Position numbers and translations under genes: made by a program. Under the pieces are notes generated by a model. The model was not told the origin of the DNA. It ran no database searches and saw nothing but the letters and a program-made list of their open reading frames with translations. Source: an uncultured Lachnospiraceae bacterium (GTDB lineage: Bacteria; Bacillota; Clostridia; Lachnospirales; Lachnospiraceae). From it: a DNA stretch of 64,000 bases. Positions 36,364-45,897 of this stretch are shown piece after piece; the stretch's first letter is position 1; each line of letters opens with the position of its first letter. The stretch covers positions 2,097 through 66,096 of the forward strand of contig CADCII010000020.1 of the NCBI GenBank assembly GCA_902801515.1. The letters run 5' to 3'.

Positions 36364-39003
36364 ATGGAAAATGTAGAGCAGAAGGGTTTAACTTCCCAGC
36401 AGGTCGCAGCACTGCAGAAAGAAGGAAAAAATGTTCTGACTCAGGGCAAGAAGCAGTCTCTGCTGGCTGTGATTGCAAGTCAGTTCAAGTCACCGCTGAT
36501 CCTTCTTCTGATCGTAGCCGCGGCTATTTCTTTTGCGACCGGGGAAGTGGTTGACGCTGTTATCATCGCGATCGTCGTGATCGCAAACTGTGTCATCGGT
36601 ACGGTGCAGGAGGTGTCTGCGGAGAAATCCGTTGAGGCTCTGAAAAGTCTTAGTGTGGCGACAGCGGTTGTTATCCGTGACGGAGTGCAGCAGGAGATCT
36701 CCTCGGAGGAACTGGTTCCCGGAGATTATGTCATCCTGGAGGCAGGACGGATCGTTCCCGCGGATCTTAAACTGACGCAGACCAGTTCTCTGAAGATAAA
36801 TGAATCCGCGCTGACCGGAGAATCGGTTGCGGTGGAGAAGGATGCGCAGGAGAAGAGTAACGAGAGCACTCCTCTGGCGGACAGAAAAGACAGAGCCTAT
36901 ATGTCTTCTCTTGTGGAATACGGAAGAGGCGAAGGCGTAGTTGATCAGATCGGTGACCATACTGAGATCGGCAAGATCTCGGGCATGCTCCACAGCATCA
37001 CCAAGAAGGAGACGCCGCTTCAGAAGAACCTGAACCAGATCTCGCTTGTGCTCGGCATCGCGGGCGTTGTTCTGTGCGTCCTGATGTTTGTCTGCCAGAT
37101 TCTGGTCTACCACACAGAAGTGATCGAGACCCTCATGATCTCCATCGCATTTGCGGTGGCAGTCATTCCGGAAGGCCTGGCCACGGTCGTCACCCTGGTC
37201 CTGTCAGCCGGCATTAAGAAAATGAGTGAGCGCAACGCTATCGTCAAGCAGATCCATGCGGTCGAGACGCTTGGCGCGGTGAATGTGATCTGCTCCGACA
37301 AGACCGGTACCCTGACACAGAACAGGATGACCGTCGTTCGCTGGTTCATGAACGGGGAAGAGACGGACGCCGAAGGGCAGAACACGGAAGATCCTCTGTT
37401 CAGAAGGATTCTTGTCGGCTTCTGTGCATGTAATGACGCGAAGTACGATATGGACACGAAGGAAGGGATCGGAGATCCTACAGAGATCGCGTTCATTAAA
37501 TATGGAAAGGAACTTCTCCAGGATTACGAAGCTGTCATGGAGAAGAACAGCCGGTTTGACGAGATTCCGTTTGATTCCGACCGGAAGATGATGACCGTCC
37601 TGTGCGCCGCCGACGAAGGCGGGAAGAAGGTCAATGTGTCCTACACCAAGGGCGCCATCGACTCGGTGATCGTGCGCTGCGACCGGATCCTTACCCCGCA
37701 GGGCGTGCGTCCGATTACAAATGAAGACGTCTACCAGGCGACAAAGGCTGCGGAGGATATGAGCTCCAGAGCACTGCGCGTGCTCGCCCTTGCCTACAGA
37801 GAAGGGGATGAGAAGCCGCAGGAAGAGGACATGATCTTTGTCGGCCTTGCCGCGGAGATCGATCCGCCGAAGGAAGGCGTCAAGGAGACCGTGAATGAGT
37901 GCCACCACGCCGGGATCGACGTGGCTATGATCACGGGCGACCACAAGATCACCGCGTTTGCCATTGCCAGGGAACTGGATATCGCGCAGAGCCTGGAACA
38001 GTGTATCTCCGGCCAGGAGATCGATGAGATGGATCCGGAAGTATTCCGTGAAAATGTGCTCAACTACAGAGTCTTTGCCCGCGTATCGCCGGAGAACAAA
38101 GTACAAATCGTACAGGCATTCCAGAGCCATGACAAGATCGTTTCCATGACCGGAGACGGCGTGAATGACGCGCCGTCCCTCAAAGCGGCGGATATCGGCG
38201 TCGCCATGGGCGTGGGCGGAACGGAAGTCGCCAAGGACGCTGCCGAGATGATCCTGGTGGATGATAACTTTATCACCATCAAGAATGCGGTCATGGAAGG
38301 AAGAAACCTCTTCAACAACATCCGCAAGTCTGTAGTTTATCTCCTGCGTTCCAACTTCGGAGAAGTCGTACTGATGGCGACAGCTGTTTTTGCCGGCCTG
38401 TCTTCGCCTCTGTCCACTGTTCAGATTCTGTGGGTCAATCTGCTGACAGACACGGCACCGTCTCTTGCACTCGGAATGGACAAGGGAACGGATGCGGTCA
38501 TGAATGAAAAGCCGAGAAATGTCAAAGCAGGACTTCTGGGAAAGAGTGATTATGCCAGCATCGTCCTTCAGGGTGCGATCGGTGGCGGCGTTGCGCTTCT
38601 GGGCTTCCTGTTCCCGCTGCTGCTGCGGGACGGCATTACGAATATTTTCAAAGAACTGGCAGAAAACCCGCAGCTGCTCTCCCTGTGCCGGACATACTGT
38701 TTCAGTACGCTTGCGATCAATGAACTGCTGATGGCCTATGTGTGCAAGACAACCGGCAATCTGGCGTTCTTCAGCAGGGAATCCTGGAACAACAAGGCGC
38801 TGAACATCATCACCGTCTGCGGAATCGTCCTTCAGTTCCTGGCACTGCTGTGCCCGCCGCTCCGCACACTGCTGAAACTGTCACCGGTCGGCGCAGGAGA
38901 TATCGCAGCGATCCTGATCCTGGCAGTACTCGGCGTGCTGGTCAATGCCGCCATCAGCCTGGCGAAGGAGAGGATGGATATCAAGAGAGGAAGGAACCTG
39001 TAA
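36364..39003 (+). CDS. Cation-transporting P-type ATPase (P2-type, Ca2+-ATPase-like)
   Basis: CSDKTGTLTQN carries the phosphorylation site. TGES, MITGDH and TGDGVNDAPSLKAADIGVAMG are all present, and VIPEGL in TM4 is a PEGL motif. The ATG at 36364 has an AGGGG RBS. Confidence 0.9.
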   Translation: MENVEQKGLTSQQVAALQKEGKNVLTQGKKQSLLAVIASQFKSPLILLLIVAAAISFATGEVVDAVIIAIVVIANCVIGTVQEVSAEKSVEALKSLSVATAVVIRDGVQQEISSEELVPGDYVILEAGRIVPADLKLTQTSSLKINESALTGESVAVEKDAQEKSNESTPLADRKDRAYMSSLVEYGRGEGVVDQIGDHTEIGKISGMLHSITKKETPLQKNLNQISLVLGIAGVVLCVLMFVCQILVYHTEVIETLMISIAFAVAVIPEGLATVVTLVLSAGIKKMSERNAIVKQIHAVETLGAVNVICSDKTGTLTQNRMTVVRWFMNGEETDAEGQNTEDPLFRRILVGFCACNDAKYDMDTKEGIGDPTEIAFIKYGKELLQDYEAVMEKNSRFDEIPFDSDRKMMTVLCAADEGGKKVNVSYTKGAIDSVIVRCDRILTPQGVRPITNEDVYQATKAAEDMSSRALRVLALAYREGDEKPQEEDMIFVGLAAEIDPPKEGVKETVNECHHAGIDVAMITGDHKITAFAIARELDIAQSLEQCISGQEIDEMDPEVFRENVLNYRVFARVSPENKVQIVQAFQSHDKIVSMTGDGVNDAPSLKAADIGVAMGVGGTEVAKDAAEMILVDDNFITIKNAVMEGRNLFNNIRKSVVYLLRSNFGEVVLMATAVFAGLSSPLSTVQILWVNLLTDTAPSLALGMDKGTDAVMNEKPRNVKAGLLGKSDYASIVLQGAIGGGVALLGFLFPLLLRDGITNIFKELAENPQLLSLCRTYCFSTLAINELLMAYVCKTTGNLAFFSRESWNNKALNIITVCGIVLQFLALLCPPLRTLLKLSPVGAGDIAAILILAVLGVLVNAAISLAKERMDIKRGRNL

Positions 39004-39049
39004 ACGAACCAGGATACTCTGAGCCATTAAGAAAACATCGCAATAAGCA

Positions 39050-39097
39050 AGACCTCAGAAAACCCGGCACAGGGCTTTCTGAGGTCTTTCATTGTTT
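39050..39097. terminator. Bidirectional terminator between convergent genes
   Basis: AGACCTCAGAAA-(14 nt)-TTTCTGAGGTCT forms a 12-bp stem, followed by TTCATTGTTTT. Confidence 0.75.
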
Positions 39098-39114
39098 TAG
39101 TAAGGATCACCGAT

Positions 39115-40647
39115 TCAGAACTCTACAACTTCTGCATAGCGCATCTGTGGCATATCGCCAAAGCGCAGAGACATCTTTTCGTCGCCGTTCAGGACACGGC
39201 CTCTCTTCCATTCGCCGTCTGCAAGGCTTCCTTCTTCCAGTCTCAGGACATCAACTCTCGTGTTCTTTCCGGTCTTCGGACGGAAGGTCATGGAGCAGGA
39301 AGTACCGATGATCAGGAAACGTCCTTCACCAAGTTCAAACACAACGCCGGCGCCGAGAGGCTTCCCGGACTGCTTCGGATCGTAGGCAACCGAGAGATCG
39401 AAGTCTTCAAAGCGGAGGAAGGTACCGTAATCCAGATCGCCGTGGCGGACAAACGCCTTCAGGTGATCGGTGCCGCGATATTTTCTGTACAGCGGATCCA
39501 TCTGGTCGATGAACTCATATGCACGTGCCAGATAGTCCTTGCTTCCTGCGGTATCAAAAGCAGACGGGTCGATGTTCAGTGCGATCATGACTTCCATCGG
39601 CGGTCTGTCGATCTGGGATGGGTCAAGCGCCAGCTCCTCGATACCGAACGGGGAGAAGCAGATCGCGTTCTTTGCAGCGTATGCATAGAGTGCATAGGAG
39701 GCGGCGACTGCATCCTTGCGGATCTCCGGGATGAACAGCGGATTGCCGTCAACTGCATAAGTGTCCATGACGTCTGCGCAGTAAGGAACATAGATATCAG
39801 GTCCGAAAGCAAACAGCGAAGGAGCTGCTGCTCTCCAGATTCCATGCATGGTCTCTACCGGACCGCCGGACGGATAGGAGCCCGGGAACCAGGGATACTG
39901 CTTCAGCCATGCATTGGCATAGCAGGGAAGCGGATAGACTTCCTGGCCGGAAGATGTGATCTTCTCGACTGCCTTGGCGAAGTACCATGCCATGAAGGCT
40001 TCACCTGCCTCATCACCGAAGACTTCTTCCCATGTGCCGGTCTTGTCTGAGATCCCTTCCGGAATCTGCTGCGCGAATGCTTCGCGGGCAGCGGGGCTGT
40101 AGTCACGGTCTGTTCCAAGAAGGCCGATTTCATTTTCCACCTGGATCACGATGACGGTATTCTCTTCTGCGTCTGTCTCACGGATGTGTCCCATCAGCTT
40201 CGCGAAAGCTGCAGCATCCTTCTCAACAGCTGCCGTGCAGAGCGGGGAGATGGTGGTCATCGGCTCGCCGGAGACCTTCTGGGCGCGGAAATAAGTCTTC
40301 GTATCTTTCTTCACCCATGCAGGAGCATAGAAGGATTCGGCGTTCTTCCACAGGCCGAACCACAGGAAAATGAGCTTCAGGCCTTCCTCTCGCGCCTGTG
40401 CGATGAGGGAATCGACCGTTGAGAAATCATAGACGCCTTCAGTCTCTTCGATCAGTTCCCAGTAAACAGGAACGATCACGCTGTTCATGTTCAGTTCGCG
40501 CAGATTCGGCCATACATTCTGAGCCATGTATTCCGCGTCAGAAGCGCTGGAGTTGTGGATCTCGCCGGCTCTGCAGAAGAAGGGGCGGTCATTTACATAC
40601 AGAGTCTTGATTCCGTGTTCGTCTTCTTTGATATAGGGGATACTCAT
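39115..40647 (-). CDS. Clan GH-A glycoside hydrolase, GH35-like catalytic domain (beta-galactosidase-like; DUF5597-type C-terminus)
   Basis: GEIHNSSASD..., PVYWELIEETEGVYDF, and the acid/base motif VIQVENEIG are present. No signal peptide is visible. Confidence 0.65.
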   Translation of the reverse strand: MSIPYIKEDEHGIKTLYVNDRPFFCRAGEIHNSSASDAEYMAQNVWPNLRELNMNSVIVPVYWELIEETEGVYDFSTVDSLIAQAREEGLKLIFLWFGLWKNAESFYAPAWVKKDTKTYFRAQKVSGEPMTTISPLCTAAVEKDAAAFAKLMGHIRETDAEENTVIVIQVENEIGLLGTDRDYSPAAREAFAQQIPEGISDKTGTWEEVFGDEAGEAFMAWYFAKAVEKITSSGQEVYPLPCYANAWLKQYPWFPGSYPSGGPVETMHGIWRAAAPSLFAFGPDIYVPYCADVMDTYAVDGNPLFIPEIRKDAVAASYALYAYAAKNAICFSPFGIEELALDPSQIDRPPMEVMIALNIDPSAFDTAGSKDYLARAYEFIDQMDPLYRKYRGTDHLKAFVRHGDLDYGTFLRFEDFDLSVAYDPKQSGKPLGAGVVFELGEGRFLIIGTSCSMTFRPKTGKNTRVDVLRLEEGSLADGEWKRGRVLNGDEKMSLRFGDMPQMRYAEVVEF

Positions 40648-40824
40648 GTTTTTCCTCGCTTTCTGGTGATTTGCATTTACGATGTGAAAATTTGGATTTT
40701 AGGGTGTCTGGTTTTGCGGGTCGGCAGTTTTTTATTTCCTGTCTCTATTATAGTTGACACAGAGAAAAAAGAAATCTTAATATATTAATTAGTATATAAC
40801 GATCTTAAGATTTGGAGGCTGTAT

Positions 40825-41655
40825 ATGGATTATATGGTACGGGTGACAAAACAACAGTATATAAATACGCCGCTGGTACTTCGCATGGCGGGGATCGACC
40901 ATATCCAGGAGAAGGTGAACCGGCCGTCCGGACTTCCGGTCTGGCAGATCCTCTACGGAGCATCAGGCACAGGAAACATACGGATCGAGGAGAGCCGGTA
41001 TAACCTTGAGGAGGGACAGATCGCGGTCCTTCCGCCTCATACAGGGCATCAGTACGAGAGCGCACAGAATGAGTGGAAGGTTCATTTCCTCGGATTCGAC
41101 GGGAATTCCTGCCAGAAACTGCTCACGGACCTCGGACTGGCCCGGCCGGGGGTCTATCACCTGAGCCACAGCGAGAAGGCCAGCCAGGCATTTCTTCTGC
41201 ATCTGAAAGAGATCGTGAGTGTGATCAACAGTCAGATACATCTGAAATACAGAGCTCTCTCCAAGGAACTCTACAGTACGCTGCTGGATCTGGCATCGGG
41301 CAGTTCTCTGGAGAGGACCGCTCTGTGGAATGACCCGGACGGACTGATGTCGGATGTGATCGAATACCTGGAGAAACACTGCAGTGAAGACATCTCCCTG
41401 ATGCAGATCGGAGAGGAATTCCATCTGACTCCGGAATATCTGTGTGCCCGTTTTAAGAACAGCACGGGCGAGACGGTCGGCCAGTATCTGAAGAGAGTCC
41501 GGATCGGCCGGGCGAGGATCCTTCTGATGGAGAGACCGGATCTCAATCTCAGCAGGATCGGAGAACTGTGCGGATACCGTTCACCGAGTTACTTCGGGAA
41601 GGTATTCCGGGAAATGACGGGACTGACGCCGCAGAACTTCCGGACGGTCCGGTAA
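40825..41655 (+). CDS. AraC-family transcriptional regulator (cupin sensor + HTH)
   Basis: The C-terminal stretch is ISLMQIGEEFHLTPEYLCARFKNSTGETVGQYLKRVRIGRARILL...IGELCGYRSPSYFGKVFREMTGLTPQNFR. Confidence 0.9.
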   Translation: MDYMVRVTKQQYINTPLVLRMAGIDHIQEKVNRPSGLPVWQILYGASGTGNIRIEESRYNLEEGQIAVLPPHTGHQYESAQNEWKVHFLGFDGNSCQKLLTDLGLARPGVYHLSHSEKASQAFLLHLKEIVSVINSQIHLKYRALSKELYSTLLDLASGSSLERTALWNDPDGLMSDVIEYLEKHCSEDISLMQIGEEFHLTPEYLCARFKNSTGETVGQYLKRVRIGRARILLMERPDLNLSRIGELCGYRSPSYFGKVFREMTGLTPQNFRTVR

Positions 41656-41770
41656 GACTGATGCTGCAGAATTCCCGGACCATCCGGCAGGACTGGCGCC
41701 GATTCACAAAAGTATCGTTTCATTATATAATGAAAACCAGTCGTGACGGGGATACGGAGGTTGTGGAAGG

Positions 41771-44161
41771 ATGAGAGACAATCGGGATTTCAGGATCGAT
41801 ATCATGAAGGATGCGCAGGAGAAAGAGTATGCGCATTCTTTTATTGAACTGTTTTATGTAGTGTCCGGCACATGCAGGATCACAGTCAGGGATTATCATT
41901 CCGACATGGAACAGGGAGATATAATTCTGGTCAATGCGATGGAACCCCACAGCTATAAGTCAGAAGGGATTCTGTGCATTATCAAGATCTCATACAGGAC
42001 ATTTCTGCGATTCGCGCCGGACGGAGGATGCATATTCTTCCTGAATACAACACAGAAAAAGGAAGGAGAACATGACGCGATCCGTCATCTGATCCACGAA
42101 CTGATCTGGCTCGAGACAGACCGGAAGTCAGTCCGGGAGTGCCGGATCTACCGGGATTTCTATGAGCTGATGGATATTCTGCTGCTGCATAACAGGAAGA
42201 ATTATTCAGGAAATACGTCTGACCGCAGACATATGACGGAGGACCGCAAGCTGCAGCAGATTATCGCATATGTGCACGGGAATTACCGTGAGACGGTATC
42301 TCTGTCCCACCTTGCGAAGGACATGTACGCCTCCACATCCACCCTGTCCCGTTTCTTCAGGAAACAGACCGGCATTTATTTCACAGATTATGTGAACCAG
42401 GTACGCCTTGCATATGCAGCAGGGGAGATGAGGTACACCGGCAACAGTATTACCAAGGTTGCGTCGGACTGTGGCTTTTCCAGCGCGTCATCATTCGCGG
42501 GACTGTTTCATGATTACTATGGAATGTCTCCGAATGAGTACCGCAAAAAGCTTCTGGAAGAACAGGAAAATAAAACAGAAGAAGAACGGACACTGAAGGA
42601 AGAACTGGCTGCACAGTTCGCGCCGGCAGATGAAGAACACAGTCCCGCCGGGGCGGATTATGAGATTTCTGTCGATACATCCAGGACAATCAGATGCCAT
42701 CAGCCGTTCAGGCGGATTATGACGGTCGGATCCATGTCAGCCCTTACACGGGCCAATGTCCAGTATCATCTCGTGTACGCTTCCAGAGAATTGCATATTA
42801 CTCATGTGAGGATATGGTCCATCTTTACTGAAGACCTTAGAGTAACAGACGGGTCTACGATCGGTCTGTATAATTACAATGCGATCGATACGGTTCTCGA
42901 TATGCTGGTGGAAAACCACATCGGAGTTTATTTTGACTTTGGACGCAGACCGGAGATGGCGGTCCGGACCCAGGACCGGTCTGTTTACCATGAAGAAACT
43001 TCGGTCCGGTTTACGTCACGGAGAGCCTGGGAAGCACTCCTGGAAGATTTTGTCAGGCACCTGATCTCCCGATACGGGGCTGATGAGGTGCGCGGGTGGT
43101 ACTTTGATTTCAACCAGGATCCCAGTTACAAAGGCACCTGTGCGTATTCTGATGATCCGAAGCATACGTTCGAAGACGTCTGGAGACATGCCTGGAGAAC
43201 AATACGGTATTACATACCGGGGGCCAGAGTCGGGGGACCGGTCGGTCTTCCGAACAGTCCCAGAGATGAGCTTTCAGCATTCCTCAAGGCTGCGCTGAGG
43301 GATGGCTGTGTGCCGGATTTTCTTTCTGTTGTCCTGTTTCCGTATGAGCCGACGCCGGATTATCAGAGCTTCAGCAGGTCTCCGGACCCGGATTTTGAAG
43401 AGCATATGCTCAGGAAGATCAAGGCTGAGCTGGCAACACTTGGCCTGGAGAATCTTCCGATTCATGTGAGTGACTGGAATCTTTCTCTTTCTACCAGGAA
43501 CTATATCAATGACAGCTGCTTCAGGGGTGCATACCTGGCGTCAAGAGCAGGCCTTATGATGCAGAATACAGAGATCTGTTCCATGTGGGTTTTATCAGAC
43601 TGGGTGAGCAGTTATTTTGATTCCAGACATGTACTGAACGGAGGAGGAGGACTGCTGAGCCGTGACAGCATACGGAAGCCTGCATGGTTTGCGCTGCAGT
43701 GCATGAGCCGGCTGGGACAGTCACTCCTGTATTCGGATTCTCACTTGGTAGTGACGATGCGCACGCCGGACGATTACATGATCCTTGCAGTGAACAGTAC
43801 ACCCTTCGATGTAAGTTATTATCTGACCAGTGAGGACGAGATACAGCCGGATGACGTAGAGAATTGTGTAATGAAAGGCGAGCCCCTGAATCTAAGGGTG
43901 AACCTGAACGGCCTGGCTGATGGCGGTGAATACATTATTAAGACCAGAAGTATCAGCAGACAGCACGGGAGCATTCTGGACGAATGGAAACGGCTGCGCT
44001 GTGAGTCGCAGCTTGAGAGAGCAGATATAAAATATCTGCAGGGCGTCTGTGTGCCGCATATGAGTATGGAGCGGAAGTCTGCACAGGGGGACCGGCTTAC
44101 GATCCCGATCCGTCTGGAAGCTCAGGAATTCTGTCTGTTTCATATCTACAGAAGCAGTTGA
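41771..44161 (+). CDS. AraC-family regulator (cupin + HTH) fused to a GH39-like domain with substituted catalytic residues
   Basis: Residues 1 to about 270 form an AraC module (LSHLAKDMYASTSTLSRFFRKQTG..., CGFSSASSFAGLFHDYYGMSPNEYRK). The C-terminal ~500 aa align with GH39 beta-xylosidase: HLISRYGADEVRGWYFDFNQDPS against [23 protein letters not shown], and NLPIHVSDWN against NLPFHITEYN. Confidence 0.8.
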   Translation: MRDNRDFRIDIMKDAQEKEYAHSFIELFYVVSGTCRITVRDYHSDMEQGDIILVNAMEPHSYKSEGILCIIKISYRTFLRFAPDGGCIFFLNTTQKKEGEHDAIRHLIHELIWLETDRKSVRECRIYRDFYELMDILLLHNRKNYSGNTSDRRHMTEDRKLQQIIAYVHGNYRETVSLSHLAKDMYASTSTLSRFFRKQTGIYFTDYVNQVRLAYAAGEMRYTGNSITKVASDCGFSSASSFAGLFHDYYGMSPNEYRKKLLEEQENKTEEERTLKEELAAQFAPADEEHSPAGADYEISVDTSRTIRCHQPFRRIMTVGSMSALTRANVQYHLVYASRELHITHVRIWSIFTEDLRVTDGSTIGLYNYNAIDTVLDMLVENHIGVYFDFGRRPEMAVRTQDRSVYHEETSVRFTSRRAWEALLEDFVRHLISRYGADEVRGWYFDFNQDPSYKGTCAYSDDPKHTFEDVWRHAWRTIRYYIPGARVGGPVGLPNSPRDELSAFLKAALRDGCVPDFLSVVLFPYEPTPDYQSFSRSPDPDFEEHMLRKIKAELATLGLENLPIHVSDWNLSLSTRNYINDSCFRGAYLASRAGLMMQNTEICSMWVLSDWVSSYFDSRHVLNGGGGLLSRDSIRKPAWFALQCMSRLGQSLLYSDSHLVVTMRTPDDYMILAVNSTPFDVSYYLTSEDEIQPDDVENCVMKGEPLNLRVNLNGLADGGEYIIKTRSISRQHGSILDEWKRLRCESQLERADIKYLQGVCVPHMSMERKSAQGDRLTIPIRLEAQEFCLFHIYRSS

Positions 44162-44208
44162 TCTACAGCCGGCTTTACGGCTGCAACAATTATAGTAAGA
44201 TTATTGCG

Positions 44209-44255
44209 CATCGATTGCGGCAGTTAATGGAACTGCAACAATCGATGTCTTTTTA
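44209..44255 (+). terminator. Intrinsic terminator
   Basis: The outer stem is CATCGATTG...CAATCGATG and the inner pair is GCAGTT/AACTGC, followed by TCTTTTT. Confidence 0.7.
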
Positions 44256-44373
44256 TTGAACAGAATAGAAGAGAAGAGGATAAGACACTGATATTCTGAA
44301 TGCAAGAAACAGCCACAATCCTGCATCGTGCAGGGGGGCGAGATCAAACAGTTAAACTCTAGGAGGGAGTAAA

Positions 44374-45768
44374 ATGGGACAGACTGGTTCTCAGACAGTA
44401 GAAAAAACCAATAAGTTCACCGCATTCTGCTATGCATTCGGCGAAGTCGGATCACAGCTGTCATGGTATATGATCAATACGTACCTGACAATCTTTTACA
44501 CAGACGTTGTCGGCCTGACAGCAACAGCTATCTCCGCGATCCTGCTGATCGCACGTATCTGGGACGCGGTCAATGACCCGATGATGGGCGTTGTCGCAGA
44601 CAAGACACATACACGCTGGGGCAAGTTCCGTCCGTATCTGATGTTTGCTCCGATCTTCCTGGCAATCTTCAATATACTGACCTTCACCGTATTCCCGGTT
44701 CAGGGTATCGCGAAGGTTATCCTCTGCCTGGTATGCTACATCGGCGCCGGCATGGCTTACACCGCAGTCTGCATTACTTATGGCGCTCTGGTCAACCTGA
44801 TCGCAAGAGACTCTCAGGTTCGTATGAACTACACATCGGCCCGTGCGATCGGCGCTTCTGTCATCAAGATCATCCTTTCCGCAGTTGCAATGCCGATGAT
44901 CCTGTTCTTCGGCAAGAGCGACGCTCCGAATGCCCAGGGTTATTTCTGGACAGCAGTTGTCTGCTCCATCGCTCTTCTTCCCTGCTTCTGGCTGTGTGCA
45001 TGGAGATGTAAAGAGACCGTGAAGGTAGACAGACCGGCACTGGAAGGTCCGAAGCGCTCTGTTCTGCAGAACCTCGTACTTCTCTGCAGGAATAAGAACC
45101 TGATGATCACCGTATGGTGCGTGTTCCTTGGCGCTGTTGCAATCATGGCCCGTATGTCCATGCTGACCTACTATGTCATCTACGTTGTAGGCAATCCGAT
45201 GATGATCGCTCCGATGTTCACCACCATGACGATCACTGAGCTGATCGGCTGCACGGTCATGCCGTGGGGAACCGCTAAGATGGGTAAGCGAAACTGGGTT
45301 CTGTTCCTCAACATCATCATGGTTGCAGGCTTCCTGATCATGTTCGCATTCCCGCAGGGCGGCACCACCTTCCTTCTTGCGATCTGCGCAGTCATCGGTT
45401 TCGGCAACTCCTGTGCAAATGTCTGCACCGGTATGCTGTCTGACTGCATCGAGTACGGCGACCTCAAGTACGGCATCCGTGAAGAAGGTATCACCTACTC
45501 TTACATGAGCTTCGGCGTTAAGCTGGCTACTGCAGTCGGCGGCGCAGTCACAGTCCTGGCACTCGGCGCGATCGGCTATGTTCCGAACGCAGAGCAGACC
45601 GAATCCGTCAAGCAGGGCATCAACATCATTGTAAACCTGGCTCCGGCGATCGCAGTTGTTCTGTCCGCAATCCCGCTGCTGTGGTATGATATTAACGGCA
45701 AGGCTAAGATGGATGAGATCTATGCTGCACTGGAAGCAAGAAACGCAGCACAGAAGAAAGATCAGTAA
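44374..45768 (+). CDS. GPH-family (glycoside-pentoside-hexuronide:cation) MFS symporter
   Basis: FGEVGSQLSWYMINTYLTIFYTDVVGL and RIWDAVNDPMMGVVADKT carry the DP-x-G motif typical of MelB/GPH transporters. The protein has 12 TM helices. Confidence 0.85.
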   Translation: MGQTGSQTVEKTNKFTAFCYAFGEVGSQLSWYMINTYLTIFYTDVVGLTATAISAILLIARIWDAVNDPMMGVVADKTHTRWGKFRPYLMFAPIFLAIFNILTFTVFPVQGIAKVILCLVCYIGAGMAYTAVCITYGALVNLIARDSQVRMNYTSARAIGASVIKIILSAVAMPMILFFGKSDAPNAQGYFWTAVVCSIALLPCFWLCAWRCKETVKVDRPALEGPKRSVLQNLVLLCRNKNLMITVWCVFLGAVAIMARMSMLTYYVIYVVGNPMMIAPMFTTMTITELIGCTVMPWGTAKMGKRNWVLFLNIIMVAGFLIMFAFPQGGTTFLLAICAVIGFGNSCANVCTGMLSDCIEYGDLKYGIREEGITYSYMSFGVKLATAVGGAVTVLALGAIGYVPNAEQTESVKQGINIIVNLAPAIAVVLSAIPLLWYDINGKAKMDEIYAALEARNAAQKKDQ

Positions 45769-45897
45769 TCAGTAACTAATAATCTGGCAGCAGGGACATC
45801 CGCATTCCTGCTGCCGGTCCAGTCAGAGAAACCACCGGTCGGAAGTCTGGCATAAGACTTCAGAGAAAGCATTCTTAATTGAGAAAGGGATAAAACC

